From a virus (Duplodnaviria > Heunggongvirae > Uroviricota > Caudoviricetes), in the IMG/VR virus record IMGVR_UViG_3300048599_000194, positions 111,177 to 175,176 of that record: a DNA stretch of 64,000 bases. One strand, written 5' to 3'. The translations under genes and the position numbers were made by a program. This document shows positions 31,805 to 40,707 of the stretch, piece by piece; positions within the stretch are counted from its first letter, which is position 1, and each line of letters begins with the position of its first letter. Under the pieces are notes generated by a model. It was given only the letters and a program-made list of their open reading frames with translations. It was not told the origin of the DNA and made no database searches.

Positions 31805-32224
31805 ATGCTGTCAAGCGAACCAAAGATGAAAATGTTTTTTGATAGACTCGTAGACCACGGAACAGTTGAAGGACTTTGGTTTAGTAATGGATTGATGTAT
31901 AATGATAGCGGAGATATAATTGGAAAGTTTAATTTATATCATCAATCAAGTCATAAAGTGTTCATAACTCTTATAGCCATCTACAAGGAATATCGAAATA
32001 GAGGATATTTCTATCAAGTTTTAGATTTAATTAGCCGAGTTGCGGATATGAATGGAGATACCATTCAATTAATCCCACTACCGACAGAAACAGATGAAAT
32101 ATCTGAAAGCGGCATTACTCTCGGAAAATTACAATCAATATATGAATCATACGGGTTCACGTCAGATATTGAAGAAGATGGAGTTTCAACCTATACAAGG
32201 ATCCCAACATGCGCTCGGAATTGA
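31805..32224 (+). CDS. GNAT-family acetyltransferase
   Basis: IAIYKEYRNRGY acetyl-CoA motif A; LQSIYESYGF. Confidence 0.7.
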   Translation: MLSSEPKMKMFFDRLVDHGTVEGLWFSNGLMYNDSGDIIGKFNLYHQSSHKVFITLIAIYKEYRNRGYFYQVLDLISRVADMNGDTIQLIPLPTETDEISESGITLGKLQSIYESYGFTSDIEEDGVSTYTRIPTCARN

Positions 32225-32820
32225 AGAATAACCCCAGATCATTTGTTTCGAAATTATTTGGCATAGAGCTTAGGCCATATCAAGAATTGTTTATGACTAC
32301 ATTAGACTATAATATGCATCGTAGGTGGGCAAGACAAACTGGTAAAGACAGTGCTGTAATATATGCGGCATTGTGGAAAATGATGTGTTTTAATAGTAAG
32401 ATTGTTATTGTCATACCACACCTTCAACAGCGAAGATTATTCATAGCACGATTTGAATCTATAATAAAATCAACAATCAAGAATTGTGAAATATCGAACG
32501 ACACTAATAGATCAAGATTATTAATCTCCCAGTTTTTTAGTGGTAGCGTTCTAATATGCGAATCATATCACGGACTTACATGTGATTATGTATTTTATAT
32601 TAATGAAATACGCGATTCATGCAAAATATCAGACAGTATACTTCTACTAAAGGATAATCCTAAATATCAAATTTTTGATGTTAATCTAAACATTGGAATT
32701 GATTACTGTACACATGTAGTTTCTTGGTTAGATATAATGAATAAAGATACCGCACTTGAGAAGCTAAATCAACTAGGATCTACAATTTTTAAGGAATCGT
32801 ACCTGAGAGATATTGACTAG
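32209..32820 (+). CDS. degenerate terminase-ATPase-like protein
   Basis: LRPYQ, WARQTGKD, C-terminal LGSTIFKESY parallel TerL motifs at 24732; Walker B degraded (FYINE); no nuclease domain. Confidence 0.65.
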   Translation: MRSELKNNPRSFVSKLFGIELRPYQELFMTTLDYNMHRRWARQTGKDSAVIYAALWKMMCFNSKIVIVIPHLQQRRLFIARFESIIKSTIKNCEISNDTNRSRLLISQFFSGSVLICESYHGLTCDYVFYINEIRDSCKISDSILLLKDNPKYQIFDVNLNIGIDYCTHVVSWLDIMNKDTALEKLNQLGSTIFKESYLRDID

Positions 32821-32824
32821 ATAT

Positions 32825-32851
32825 AAAAAAGCCCTCTTTCGAGGGCTTTTC
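32825..32851. terminator. bidirectional intrinsic terminator
   Basis: AAAAAAGCCCTC-tttc-GAGGGCTTTT between convergent genes. Confidence 0.75.
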
Positions 32852-32852
32852 G

Positions 32853-33449
32853 TTATTCACCTAATTCGTTTATTTTATCGTCAACTGGGGTACCATTCAG
32901 CGACCAAGGCTGTAGATTAAATTGAGATCCACCCTTAATCCTTCGAGCAATCTCATCAACTACAGTCCAATACTCATCCCAATAATAACCAAGTTTTGGA
33001 GTCGAGTGACCCTGCTTAGTCATATCTTCCTGAGCTTTGATGACATCAATTAGGTCATTGCGAGTGTATTCAAGTGCATCATCATTCATAGCCTTGACTT
33101 TCGCTTTACCTTCGGCGAAGTTATACACCTCATTACCAGCAGAATCCTTACTTGCTTCTTCTAGAGTGGCATTTGGGTCAACTTGATTAGCATCAGGCTG
33201 AGCAGATGTATCAGGAGAAGCCCCAATTTCAGTATTTAATTTTCCAACGTAATCACCCGTCGAATCAATTACTTTATTTTTTATTTCTTCTGGGAGATTA
33301 GGCCATTCTGCTTGAACTCTACCGAACCATTGATCAGGATCCTCGGATTTAGAAACATCTATCACATCATCATAATTATGCGCTGGGATTGTGTCATCCC
33401 CTATCGCTTCCGTAATGTATTCAATTCCACCCAATGTGATTATAGCCAT
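32853..33449 (-). CDS. hypothetical late protein with leader-like N-terminus
   Basis: MAIITLGGIEYITEA; TAAATA and SD GAGG upstream. Confidence 0.6.
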   Translation of the reverse strand: MAIITLGGIEYITEAIGDDTIPAHNYDDVIDVSKSEDPDQWFGRVQAEWPNLPEEIKNKVIDSTGDYVGKLNTEIGASPDTSAQPDANQVDPNATLEEASKDSAGNEVYNFAEGKAKVKAMNDDALEYTRNDLIDVIKAQEDMTKQGHSTPKLGYYWDEYWTVVDEIARRIKGGSQFNLQPWSLNGTPVDDKINELGE

Positions 33450-33544
33450 GATTACCTCTTTAGCTTGTATTTAGAATCATAATTAGGAAGTGTCTGTAAA
33501 AAACTAAATACAAGCCATGCACAATTAGCGAAAGGTGGTCTGAC

Positions 33545-33844
33545 ATGGGAATTCTCTCAAAATTTTTTAAGAAGCGCGAAGCGAAGAGAATAAAGCCAGA
33601 CCTTAGTATAAAAACACTACGTTATGTATTTGAAGATGAATGTGCTTTGTGTAATAATAAGGTAGAATACCTCAATTTTATAGAAATAGAAGATAAGAAA
33701 GTACCCGCCTGTCTATTTTGCAAAGCATTAGTTGAAAATGGATGTAAATGGACGGCAATACTAAAGAAGAATTACGAAAATGAAAAACGCAGATACTGTA
33801 GTAAGTATCTGCGCATAGTAGCTTGGTTTTCAGACTTCGATTAA
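33545..33844 (+). CDS. small CxxC..CxxC zinc-binding protein
   Basis: CALC and CLFC; SD AAGGTGG. Confidence 0.5.
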   Translation: MGILSKFFKKREAKRIKPDLSIKTLRYVFEDECALCNNKVEYLNFIEIEDKKVPACLFCKALVENGCKWTAILKKNYENEKRRYCSKYLRIVAWFSDFD

Positions 33845-34260
33845 GAGTTAATGATGATTTCTCCAGGGAAATCTACCATTCGATTCCTCATCGACAATAC
33901 CTTCTCCTCAGGAACCCCGTGAGTATTCTGAAACTTACCTTCAGATCTATAAACAACCACGGGAATCCCGAGTTCATCAGCAATCGAGGTGTAATCGCGA
34001 ATTTCTCGCATGGTCGTGAGAGTATTTGGAACGATAACCTGTTTCCCTTCCTCAAGAGCCTTACGTGCTCTTCGCTGATTTGACTTATGCGCCCAACCCA
34101 GCTTAGATGGATCGAACCGATATTCGCCTCGAACCATGAAGAATTCATCAGTTTCGTAGACTTCACCCCCAATTTCAGACGCCAACTTTCTCGCAAAAGT
34201 GGTTTTACCTGAACCAGAAGCACCTCGAACAAGAATCAGTTTGTTGGTAGTAGTGTTCAT
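33841..34260 (-). CDS. P-loop kinase, AAA_33/N4BP2-like polynucleotide kinase family
   Basis: LILVRGASGSGKTT, ETDEFF, VIVPNT, NTHGVPEEKV; own TTGAC-N17-TATCTT promoter. Confidence 0.8.
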   Translation of the reverse strand: MNTTTNKLILVRGASGSGKTTFARKLASEIGGEVYETDEFFMVRGEYRFDPSKLGWAHKSNQRRARKALEEGKQVIVPNTLTTMREIRDYTSIADELGIPVVVYRSEGKFQNTHGVPEEKVLSMRNRMVDFPGEIIINS

Positions 34261-34337
34261 ACTCCGAAGATACTACCAAGATGTGAACACGTCAACCAAC
34301 AGTTGACGCATATATCATCATATAGTATTTTGTTTCA

Positions 34338-34562
34338 GTGAATCAAGATGTACTAGGGTGGACGTGTGCCATAATTTCGGTAACTGGAACTATTTTTGTA
34401 AATTACAAAAACAGGATTGGCATGGTGCTTTGGATTATATCTAATGTACTTTGGATTTATTACGACATATTTGTACAAGTAAACATGCCACAGGTTTTTA
34501 TGTATGTTGTATTCACATTAACTAATTTACATGGAATGTATAAATGGAGAAAACATAAATGA
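34338..34562 (+). CDS. small three-helix membrane protein (PnuC-like phage family)
   Basis: Hydrophobic helices with GMVLWIISNVLWIYYD..HGMYKW. Confidence 0.5.
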   Translation: MNQDVLGWTCAIISVTGTIFVNYKNRIGMVLWIISNVLWIYYDIFVQVNMPQVFMYVVFTLTNLHGMYKWRKHK

Positions 34563-35125
34563 AATCCTATGCAGGAATTGGATCCAGAGAAATAACTGTC
34601 GATGAGCGAAATACAATATATAGAATATCTAGTTACTTATTCACTAAGAGATATTTCCTTTATTCAGGGGGCGCTGATGGATCTGATTATGCATTTGAAT
34701 ATGCATGTCGCGGCTATGGATTAAAGTTCTTACCCTGGGATGGATTCAATCATAAGCCTGAATCAAATATATACAGTCACGTTATTCACTCTGCAGAGTC
34801 ATTTGAATCTATTCAAAAATATCACCCAGCGCCAGACTTATTATCTCCAGCCGCAAAAAAGCTAATGAGTAGAAATTATTTCCAAATCAATGGATTTGGA
34901 TCATTTCCAAAAGTTGATTTTGTTATCTGTTGTGCTGATCCAATTAGAAATTCTAGAGCAGTTAAAGGCGGAACCGGGCAGGCCGTTCGAATCGCACTCG
35001 ATCTAGACATCCCCGTATTCAATATTCGTGAACGAGGATGTAGATGGGAATCTTTTCTCAATCACTTGCCAGTTGCAGATAGTTCTTCGAGAGCAGAAAT
35101 TGAAAATAATCTCCGCCAAAACTAA
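34559..35125 (+). CDS. DprA/Smf-like SLOG-fold protein
   Basis: YAGIGSRE, SGGADGSDYAFE, GGTGQAVRIA..IPVFN. Confidence 0.8.
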   Translation: MKSYAGIGSREITVDERNTIYRISSYLFTKRYFLYSGGADGSDYAFEYACRGYGLKFLPWDGFNHKPESNIYSHVIHSAESFESIQKYHPAPDLLSPAAKKLMSRNYFQINGFGSFPKVDFVICCADPIRNSRAVKGGTGQAVRIALDLDIPVFNIRERGCRWESFLNHLPVADSSSRAEIENNLRQN

Positions 35126-35216
35126 TTAAATTATATGCTTCTGTGAATTGATCTGGCCTTAATATTCCATATACAATCACAGCAAGAAGCGCCATCGCAA
35201 TTAAAATACCCTTCAT
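35058..35216 (-). CDS. small membrane-anchored protein (52 aa, not in ORF track)
   Basis: MKGILIAMALLAVIVYGILRPDQF..; SD AAGGAG and TGCTATAAT upstream. Confidence 0.5.
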   Translation of the reverse strand: MKGILIAMALLAVIVYGILRPDQFTEAYNLISFGGDYFQFLLSKNYLQLASD

Positions 35217-35242
35217 GTTGACTCCTTTACCATATTATAGCA

Positions 35243-35569
35243 TTAATCAAACACTACAATATCAGTCAAAGAGTCCGCTTCATTTAGTACATATGTGAGG
35301 TCTATTTTTCTATCTCGATTATCTTCAATGGCTGAATATTGTCCGTTATTATTGAATACTTTCACGGGCAAGCCCCTACCCGCCATCTTCATACCACTTT
35401 TAGTTGCCAATTCAATACCGTCAGGTAAAGTAATTCGATAGCCCTTCCAATAGCCAATTACATAGGGCTTTTCTGGAATTGTAGATTCTAACATTGTAAG
35501 TATATTACTACGAGTCGCGCTAGATTCTAATATTGTAGATTTAAGGGATGAAATATTATATCTCTTCAT
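35243..35569 (-). CDS. hypothetical protein
   Basis: Coupled to Nudix gene; several LxE sites (ILES, MLES, LNEA). Confidence 0.55.
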   Translation of the reverse strand: MKRYNISSLKSTILESSATRSNILTMLESTIPEKPYVIGYWKGYRITLPDGIELATKSGMKMAGRGLPVKVFNNNGQYSAIEDNRDRKIDLTYVLNEADSLTDIVVFD

Positions 35570-36248
35570 TAGAACCCTTTAATTTCTTAATTGCGGCAAT
35601 GTAATACGACATTGCTTCTTTAAGTCCAGGGTGCAGTGGAGAAGGTGGATTCTCGATTGGAGTCCACTCATAATCATCGGTTTCTGCATTTAGAATTGGC
35701 TCAAATTCCTCATCACATATTACTAGGTAATTATAGTATTCGAAGTCATGCTCTGGGTCAGAAAAGACACTCACTCCAATGTATCGGTCCATATCATAAT
35801 AACCAATTTCTTCACTTAATTCGCGCTCAAGTCCTTCAATTGGAGTTTCTGTTCCATCTAATTTTCCACCGAATCCGCCCCAAGTATGAGGCTCTAGAAC
35901 CTTATCAGATCGCAATCCAAATAACACTCGACCTGTAGATGTTGCAAAAAACAAACACCCTGCCGCTCTTTTACCCCAATACGGTGAATCTTCATCTGCG
36001 TCATTTACCTCACCCCTAGCGATACCAGGGTCTTGATCATCGTATTCTAGGTTTTCTCTATTTGCAATATATGATTCATTAGATCCAGGTGATCTAAACG
36101 GCTCAAACATTTCCATAATAGCTTCATGGAGATGTTTTGCTATTTCTATAGCCGCCAATTGCTTCTGGGCATTCTTTTTACTCATGCATTTTTTTGTTGT
36201 AGTATTATGTACGTGATAACACCCATTCCCTTTATTTTCTACTGGCAT
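35556..36248 (-). CDS. Nudix hydrolase
   Basis: Nudix box GGKLDGTETPIEGLERELSEEIG; AAGCLF; PLHPG. Confidence 0.88.
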   Translation of the reverse strand: MPVENKGNGCYHVHNTTTKKCMSKKNAQKQLAAIEIAKHLHEAIMEMFEPFRSPGSNESYIANRENLEYDDQDPGIARGEVNDADEDSPYWGKRAAGCLFFATSTGRVLFGLRSDKVLEPHTWGGFGGKLDGTETPIEGLERELSEEIGYYDMDRYIGVSVFSDPEHDFEYYNYLVICDEEFEPILNAETDDYEWTPIENPPSPLHPGLKEAMSYYIAAIKKLKGSNEEI

Positions 36249-36417
36249 TACTTTTCCCTTCTTCTTGTTCTACAACATCACTACTTTGACCTGGAAGTTC
36301 ACCAAACCCCATTCCCTTTAAGGCTACATCAGATCCAGCCTTTAATAGAGTGGATAGCAAACCTTCTTCCAAGGGTGTGATGTCTTCGTATAATTCACCT
36401 TTGTAGTAGTATTTCAT
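36232..36417 (-). CDS. small protein with shared N-terminal leader
   Basis: MKYYYKGELYED; translationally coupled. Confidence 0.6.
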   Translation of the reverse strand: MKYYYKGELYEDITPLEEGLLSTLLKAGSDVALKGMGFGELPGQSSDVVEQEEGKSNASRK

Positions 36418-36785
36418 TATGAAACTCCATCAGAAAATCGCTCTGCGGCGTGTTTTGCTTGCTCTTCTGTTTCTATGGTATATTCTTTTCCATTATATGC
36501 AATATCACCTTTTTTAATTTTATCTCCAATTCCAAATCCATATACTGCGCGATGGCTCCATCCATACCATTTACCATCACAGCCTTTCCCAAGGCCAGAT
36601 CCATATCCAGATTTCATTTCAAGCCAATCACGAAAGTTAATTTTAGCTTTTCCGGTAGAATACCTTGGTAAATTTTTTAGACTTCTCTTCTCAGGTGGTA
36701 TGTCTGTTTTTATTTTACCCTTAAGTCCATTCAGTTCATATTTCTCAGCGGCCTCGTACAAATGGCCACGCCATAGCATTTTCAT
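36417..36785 (-). CDS. hypothetical protein with shared N-terminal leader
   Basis: MKMLWRGHLYEA; KWYGWSHRAVYGFGIGD motif; TAAATA 5 nt upstream. Confidence 0.65.
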   Translation of the reverse strand: MKMLWRGHLYEAAEKYELNGLKGKIKTDIPPEKRSLKNLPRYSTGKAKINFRDWLEMKSGYGSGLGKGCDGKWYGWSHRAVYGFGIGDKIKKGDIAYNGKEYTIETEEQAKHAAERFSDGVS

Positions 36786-36861
36786 TCTATTATTTAGGTC
36801 ATTCGATGCTACAATGATCTACAGAGCCACTTTCAAGGTTCATAAAAAGGAAGAAAACATC

Positions 36862-37056
36862 ATGAGAAAGATCATTGTCGGACTATCACTAGCTATTGCA
36901 CTAGTTGCAGGCGGAACCTATATGTCAGCATGTAAGTCCACTACACCTGTCGGCGGAGATTCGACTGCAGTTGTAGATTCTATTAAGAAGGACACAGTGA
37001 AGGCTGATTCTGCTAAGAATGATACCGTTAAGAAGGATACTGCAAAGTCTAAGTAA
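36862..37056 (+). CDS. small lipoprotein
   Basis: Signal peptide with lipobox MSA-C, then repeated D(S/T)x motifs; SD AAGGAAG; TGCTACAAT upstream. Confidence 0.7.
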   Translation: MRKIIVGLSLAIALVAGGTYMSACKSTTPVGGDSTAVVDSIKKDTVKADSAKNDTVKKDTAKSK

Positions 37057-37162
37057 AGCAGACAATTGTCCTGATTTGGAATGTACTTTGCCATGTGGGA
37101 CCGTGTCGCAAGTATCTAAAGTTCGATTCTCTAGCAGGGCAATATTTAACTTCTGGAGTAAG

Positions 37163-37670
37163 CATGAATAGTGAAGATCAAGAAAAAGAAATTGTAATTG
37201 GAACTGACCATTTCGAGGAACCAATGCAAGATAATTCAACTACCGAGTATAATGAATACTGGTATGAATTAGATATTGTCCCTGGGAAAATAACACCCAA
37301 AGGATATAGGTATACCGATTTTCATCTTAAGCTAATACATAAGTGGCTCGATGATGTTATATTTGGTAATTTAATTGATTATGCGTATGTTCCGCTATCT
37401 AATTCAGGTGAGATTCCAACTGATCATATTGACCTCACTCGATTAGCAGGTAGAATCACTGGATATGAAATCTCAGAAGGTAAAACCTGGATTAGGGTTG
37501 TGCCTGTAGGACCAGAGGCTAAATTCCTTAACGCATTCAATGAACTTTTGAAACTACGAACTTTAATGATCGGTAGTGTCGAAAAGATCGATGATGCTAA
37601 TACGGTCGGAGAAGACGCTCAAATGTTATATTTCTTTTTAGATACTAATATCCAACCAAGTAATAATTAA
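37163..37670 (+). CDS. degenerate prohead-protease (gp21)-like protein
   Basis: KGYRY..GE..IDLTRLAGRIT..GPEAKFL..MIGSV..VGEDAQM follows gp21 motif order without the catalytic His/Ser; start uncertain. Confidence 0.45.
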
Positions 37671-37674
37671 CAAC

Positions 37675-37704
37675 AAAGCCTCTAGATTCACTAGAGGCTT
37701 TTTT
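37675..37704. terminator. bidirectional terminator
   Basis: AAAGCCTCTAG-attca-CTAGAGGCTTTT between convergent genes. Confidence 0.7.
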
Positions 37705-38641
37705 ATTCCTTTGTTATATTCGCATCCTGTGTAGGATTATTATTAAAAATTGATTTAATTTGATTGGGTTGATACACGATGTAATGATATGCATCGCGGG
37801 TTCCTTCCATATTAAATACACTAGCATCCATAATAATTCCATCAAACCCCGCTCGTAGAATAACCCTCTTAATGAATTCTCCTATATAATTTTGACCTTC
37901 CCTATAATACGCATCAATTAATCCTTCCAATTCCTGCATTGCTTTGAAAAATACGGTTGAATAAAAACCTCCGTCATATAGATTGATTTCTTCGGTGAAT
38001 TTAGATAGCATAGCATCTCTGTTTATGTATTCTAACTCATCTAATTCATATTCAAATGCATTCATGAGAGGAACAGCATCACCCTCAGGCTCACCCTCTT
38101 CTTCAGTTTCTTCGTCAAATGGGATAGTATAATCAAAGTATTGTTTGAATTTATCACCGACATAAAAAGGATTCTCAATCTTCAGATATACAGGCATAAT
38201 GTTAGGGGCTGGATTTTCTCCTATTATTAAATCTCTTGCCTTATTCTGCAATAGCTGGTATAGTTTACCTTCAGAGTCAGCTTTTTCTATCTCATCGACA
38301 GGGACTCCAATCGCATTTGAAAGTTCATCAAAATCTTCAATGTTATTCCAGTTTTCAGTGACATCTGATATTTTTCTATCAGTGTCTGCGCCAACTCCAC
38401 TTGCATAATTAGAATTTGCGTCATGGGGATTTGATGTGAAGTAAAACCCTTTACCTACATATGAATCATGGTATACCTTTTTAATATCAAACGTGTCAAA
38501 ATTTCCAGTAGTTCCGTGATATACGTTTAATGGCTCGCCGTCATCGGTTACAACTTTAGAATTACCAAACCATGTCTTAAATGCAGGTGTTTCAGTTATT
38601 TCTATTGACTCGTATATGAAATTCTTAAATGCAATCTTCAT
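37703..38641 (-). CDS. ADP-ribosyltransferase-like protein (ART-PolyVal type)
   Basis: WFGNSKVV..VYHGT..GKGFYFTS..MPVYLKIENP..GFDGII..NQIKS; leader MKIAFKNFIYES. Confidence 0.75.
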   Translation of the reverse strand: MKIAFKNFIYESIEITETPAFKTWFGNSKVVTDDGEPLNVYHGTTGNFDTFDIKKVYHDSYVGKGFYFTSNPHDANSNYASGVGADTDRKISDVTENWNNIEDFDELSNAIGVPVDEIEKADSEGKLYQLLQNKARDLIIGENPAPNIMPVYLKIENPFYVGDKFKQYFDYTIPFDEETEEEGEPEGDAVPLMNAFEYELDELEYINRDAMLSKFTEEINLYDGGFYSTVFFKAMQELEGLIDAYYREGQNYIGEFIKRVILRAGFDGIIMDASVFNMEGTRDAYHYIVYQPNQIKSIFNNNPTQDANITKE

Positions 38642-38717
38642 GTGATATATTTAGCTATGAGTTGGTTGACTTGTTGAGCATACTCTAGTATCTTTGGTTT
38701 GCACACTAGGAGGTAAC

Positions 38718-38960
38718 ATGTCTAACTTTCAGATTTTCTTGCTCATTTGGCTTGCCGCCGCCCCGGTAGTTTCTGTGTTGATGTTGAAATATGATTGGAA
38801 TGAAAGTGGACTGGACGGGGAAGGAATTGCCCTTTTCATATGTCTCATTTTTGTATTTGCTCCTGCGGCATTGCTACTACATGGCCTGCTGACAATCAAT
38901 TCGTTATATGGATCTATTAAGAAAGCCGAAGAGGAAGAGCGTAAAAATAACACTCGTTAA
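38718..38960 (+). CDS. small two-TM membrane protein
   Basis: SD GGAGG, promoter TTGACT-N17-TATCTT at about 38665-38693. Confidence 0.6.
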   Translation: MSNFQIFLLIWLAAAPVVSVLMLKYDWNESGLDGEGIALFICLIFVFAPAALLLHGLLTINSLYGSIKKAEEEERKNNTR

Positions 38961-39673
38961 AAATTACCACTCATTGTTGGTAATTCAGAGAAGTATCCCT
39001 GCTTGAGTTTTGCATGCAATAAATGCATTATCTCATAAAACTTACTACGAGTTGAATCAAATGTATTGTCATCTACGCCATTAGCCATGTGGTCGATGAA
39101 ATGTTTCTTAGTCGTGCCCAAATAATTTAGTACTTGATTCACGAATACATCAAATGGCAACTTAGTCATCAATCTAGCTCGCTGTGGCGAAAATGTAATG
39201 AAGGATATAATTGACATTAGGAATGCATTTATTTCAGTTGGATCGTTGAAATAAGCATTTGGGTTTATTCCATTAATATGATTGTGCATTAAATCTGAAT
39301 TAATTCCATTTTCCATTTGTAGAATATGAGTAACTTCATGTAATATGTCAATGAATACCGAATTGCTTACATCCTTAGACATCAAATTATCTTCTAAAAT
39401 AGTCACAAGATAACCATCTTGGTACTTGCTAACCTCTGCGTCTGCGCCTTTATTTACTGTATTATTTGTTACTCGTAAATATACGTTAGGATTTGAGATT
39501 ACTTGGACTATTTTTCCTGACTTATAGTTCTTACTCCTAACATACTTAAAAGCGAATAATCCTATTTTAGTTGCAATGTCATGAATTTGCTCAATGAATT
39601 TTAGATTAAAGTGTGAAGTTGGGCCTCTATGATAATCTTCTTCGTAGATATACCCTCGATATGCTAGTTTCAT
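38957..39673 (-). CDS. zincin (HExxH) metallopeptidase-like protein
   Basis: ILHEVTHILQ..YFNDPTEINAF; leader MKLAYRGYIYEE. Confidence 0.7.
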   Translation of the reverse strand: MKLAYRGYIYEEDYHRGPTSHFNLKFIEQIHDIATKIGLFAFKYVRSKNYKSGKIVQVISNPNVYLRVTNNTVNKGADAEVSKYQDGYLVTILEDNLMSKDVSNSVFIDILHEVTHILQMENGINSDLMHNHINGINPNAYFNDPTEINAFLMSIISFITFSPQRARLMTKLPFDVFVNQVLNYLGTTKKHFIDHMANGVDDNTFDSTRSKFYEIMHLLHAKLKQGYFSELPTMSGNF

Positions 39674-39721
39674 GGTTATATTTATTCATCCATTATGATA
39701 AATGGGTGATAAATATTATTC

Positions 39722-40045
39722 ATGAAATACATGTACGAAGGCAAGATATACGAAAGCCAAGAAGAATTAAGCGAAGGATTATTCGCTAAGAAGAATCCAA
39801 CTAAGCCAGGATATGCTAAGAACTCTACAATTGGTAGAAGTGCAGTATTCTATTACGTGGAGGACGCAAAAGCACCCGGATACGTCCATCCTGATATGCA
39901 AAATCCAATAATAAATGATTATATTGAATTTTGTCCTAATGCCGAATACGCCAAGGATCTAAAGGCTACGTATCTAAAGGTAAATAATCTACCAGATAAT
40001 TACCCTGTGAACGTGATCAAACGTACTAAAGAAGTAATAGGGTAA
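39722..40045 (+). CDS. hypothetical protein with shared leader
   Basis: MKYMYEGKIYES; TAAATA 6 nt upstream. Confidence 0.65.
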   Translation: MKYMYEGKIYESQEELSEGLFAKKNPTKPGYAKNSTIGRSAVFYYVEDAKAPGYVHPDMQNPIINDYIEFCPNAEYAKDLKATYLKVNNLPDNYPVNVIKRTKEVIG

Positions 40046-40707
40046 TGAAATTCATACACCGTGGATTCATCTATGAATCTGAAGAAATACCTGAAGTAAT
40101 TGAAGTAGATGGTCAAACCCGTCCAACTAAAAATAATAAGGGAAATCCAATACACCCAACAATAAATGGTATTGTGGCCTTCTGGAAGTGGTTTGGAGAC
40201 TCTAAGACTGTTGATGTTAATGGCAACCCCCTAGTCCTATATCATGGCTCTTATGAAGATTTTGATGAGTTTCAGCTACCCTGGGAGCGTGATGATTATG
40301 ATCCAGATTTCACGGGAGATGAAGGATATCCTGGAGGTAATCTAGGAATTGGATTCTATTTCACGTCTCAAAGAAAATACGCAGAAACTTTTGGGAAAGC
40401 TAAAGAGTATTACGTTCGAATTAATTCTCTATACGATCTTACACAAGACGCAAATATAGAAGCCTTTCAGCAAAGATTTGATGAAGAGCGCGATGAGTTA
40501 GACTACGGTGCGCAGGGTGAAGTGGTAGATATGATCATGAAAGAAAATAAATTCGATGGAGTATATGGTGAAGGTGTGGGTGGATTGTCTCATGGTGCAG
40601 ATGAATGGAAAATAATAAACGGAAATCAGGCTAAACTAGTTGCTAATAGTGGAGCTTTCTCTAACACTCCAAAAATAACTACCGAAAATATAGATAAAGA
40701 ATATTAA
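40045..40707 (+). CDS. ADP-ribosyltransferase-like protein (ART-PolyVal type)
   Basis: FWKWFGDSK..LYHGS..GIGFYFT..FDGV..ADEW..NQAK; leader MKFIHRGFIYES. Confidence 0.75.
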   Translation: MKFIHRGFIYESEEIPEVIEVDGQTRPTKNNKGNPIHPTINGIVAFWKWFGDSKTVDVNGNPLVLYHGSYEDFDEFQLPWERDDYDPDFTGDEGYPGGNLGIGFYFTSQRKYAETFGKAKEYYVRINSLYDLTQDANIEAFQQRFDEERDELDYGAQGEVVDMIMKENKFDGVYGEGVGGLSHGADEWKIINGNQAKLVANSGAFSNTPKITTENIDKEY

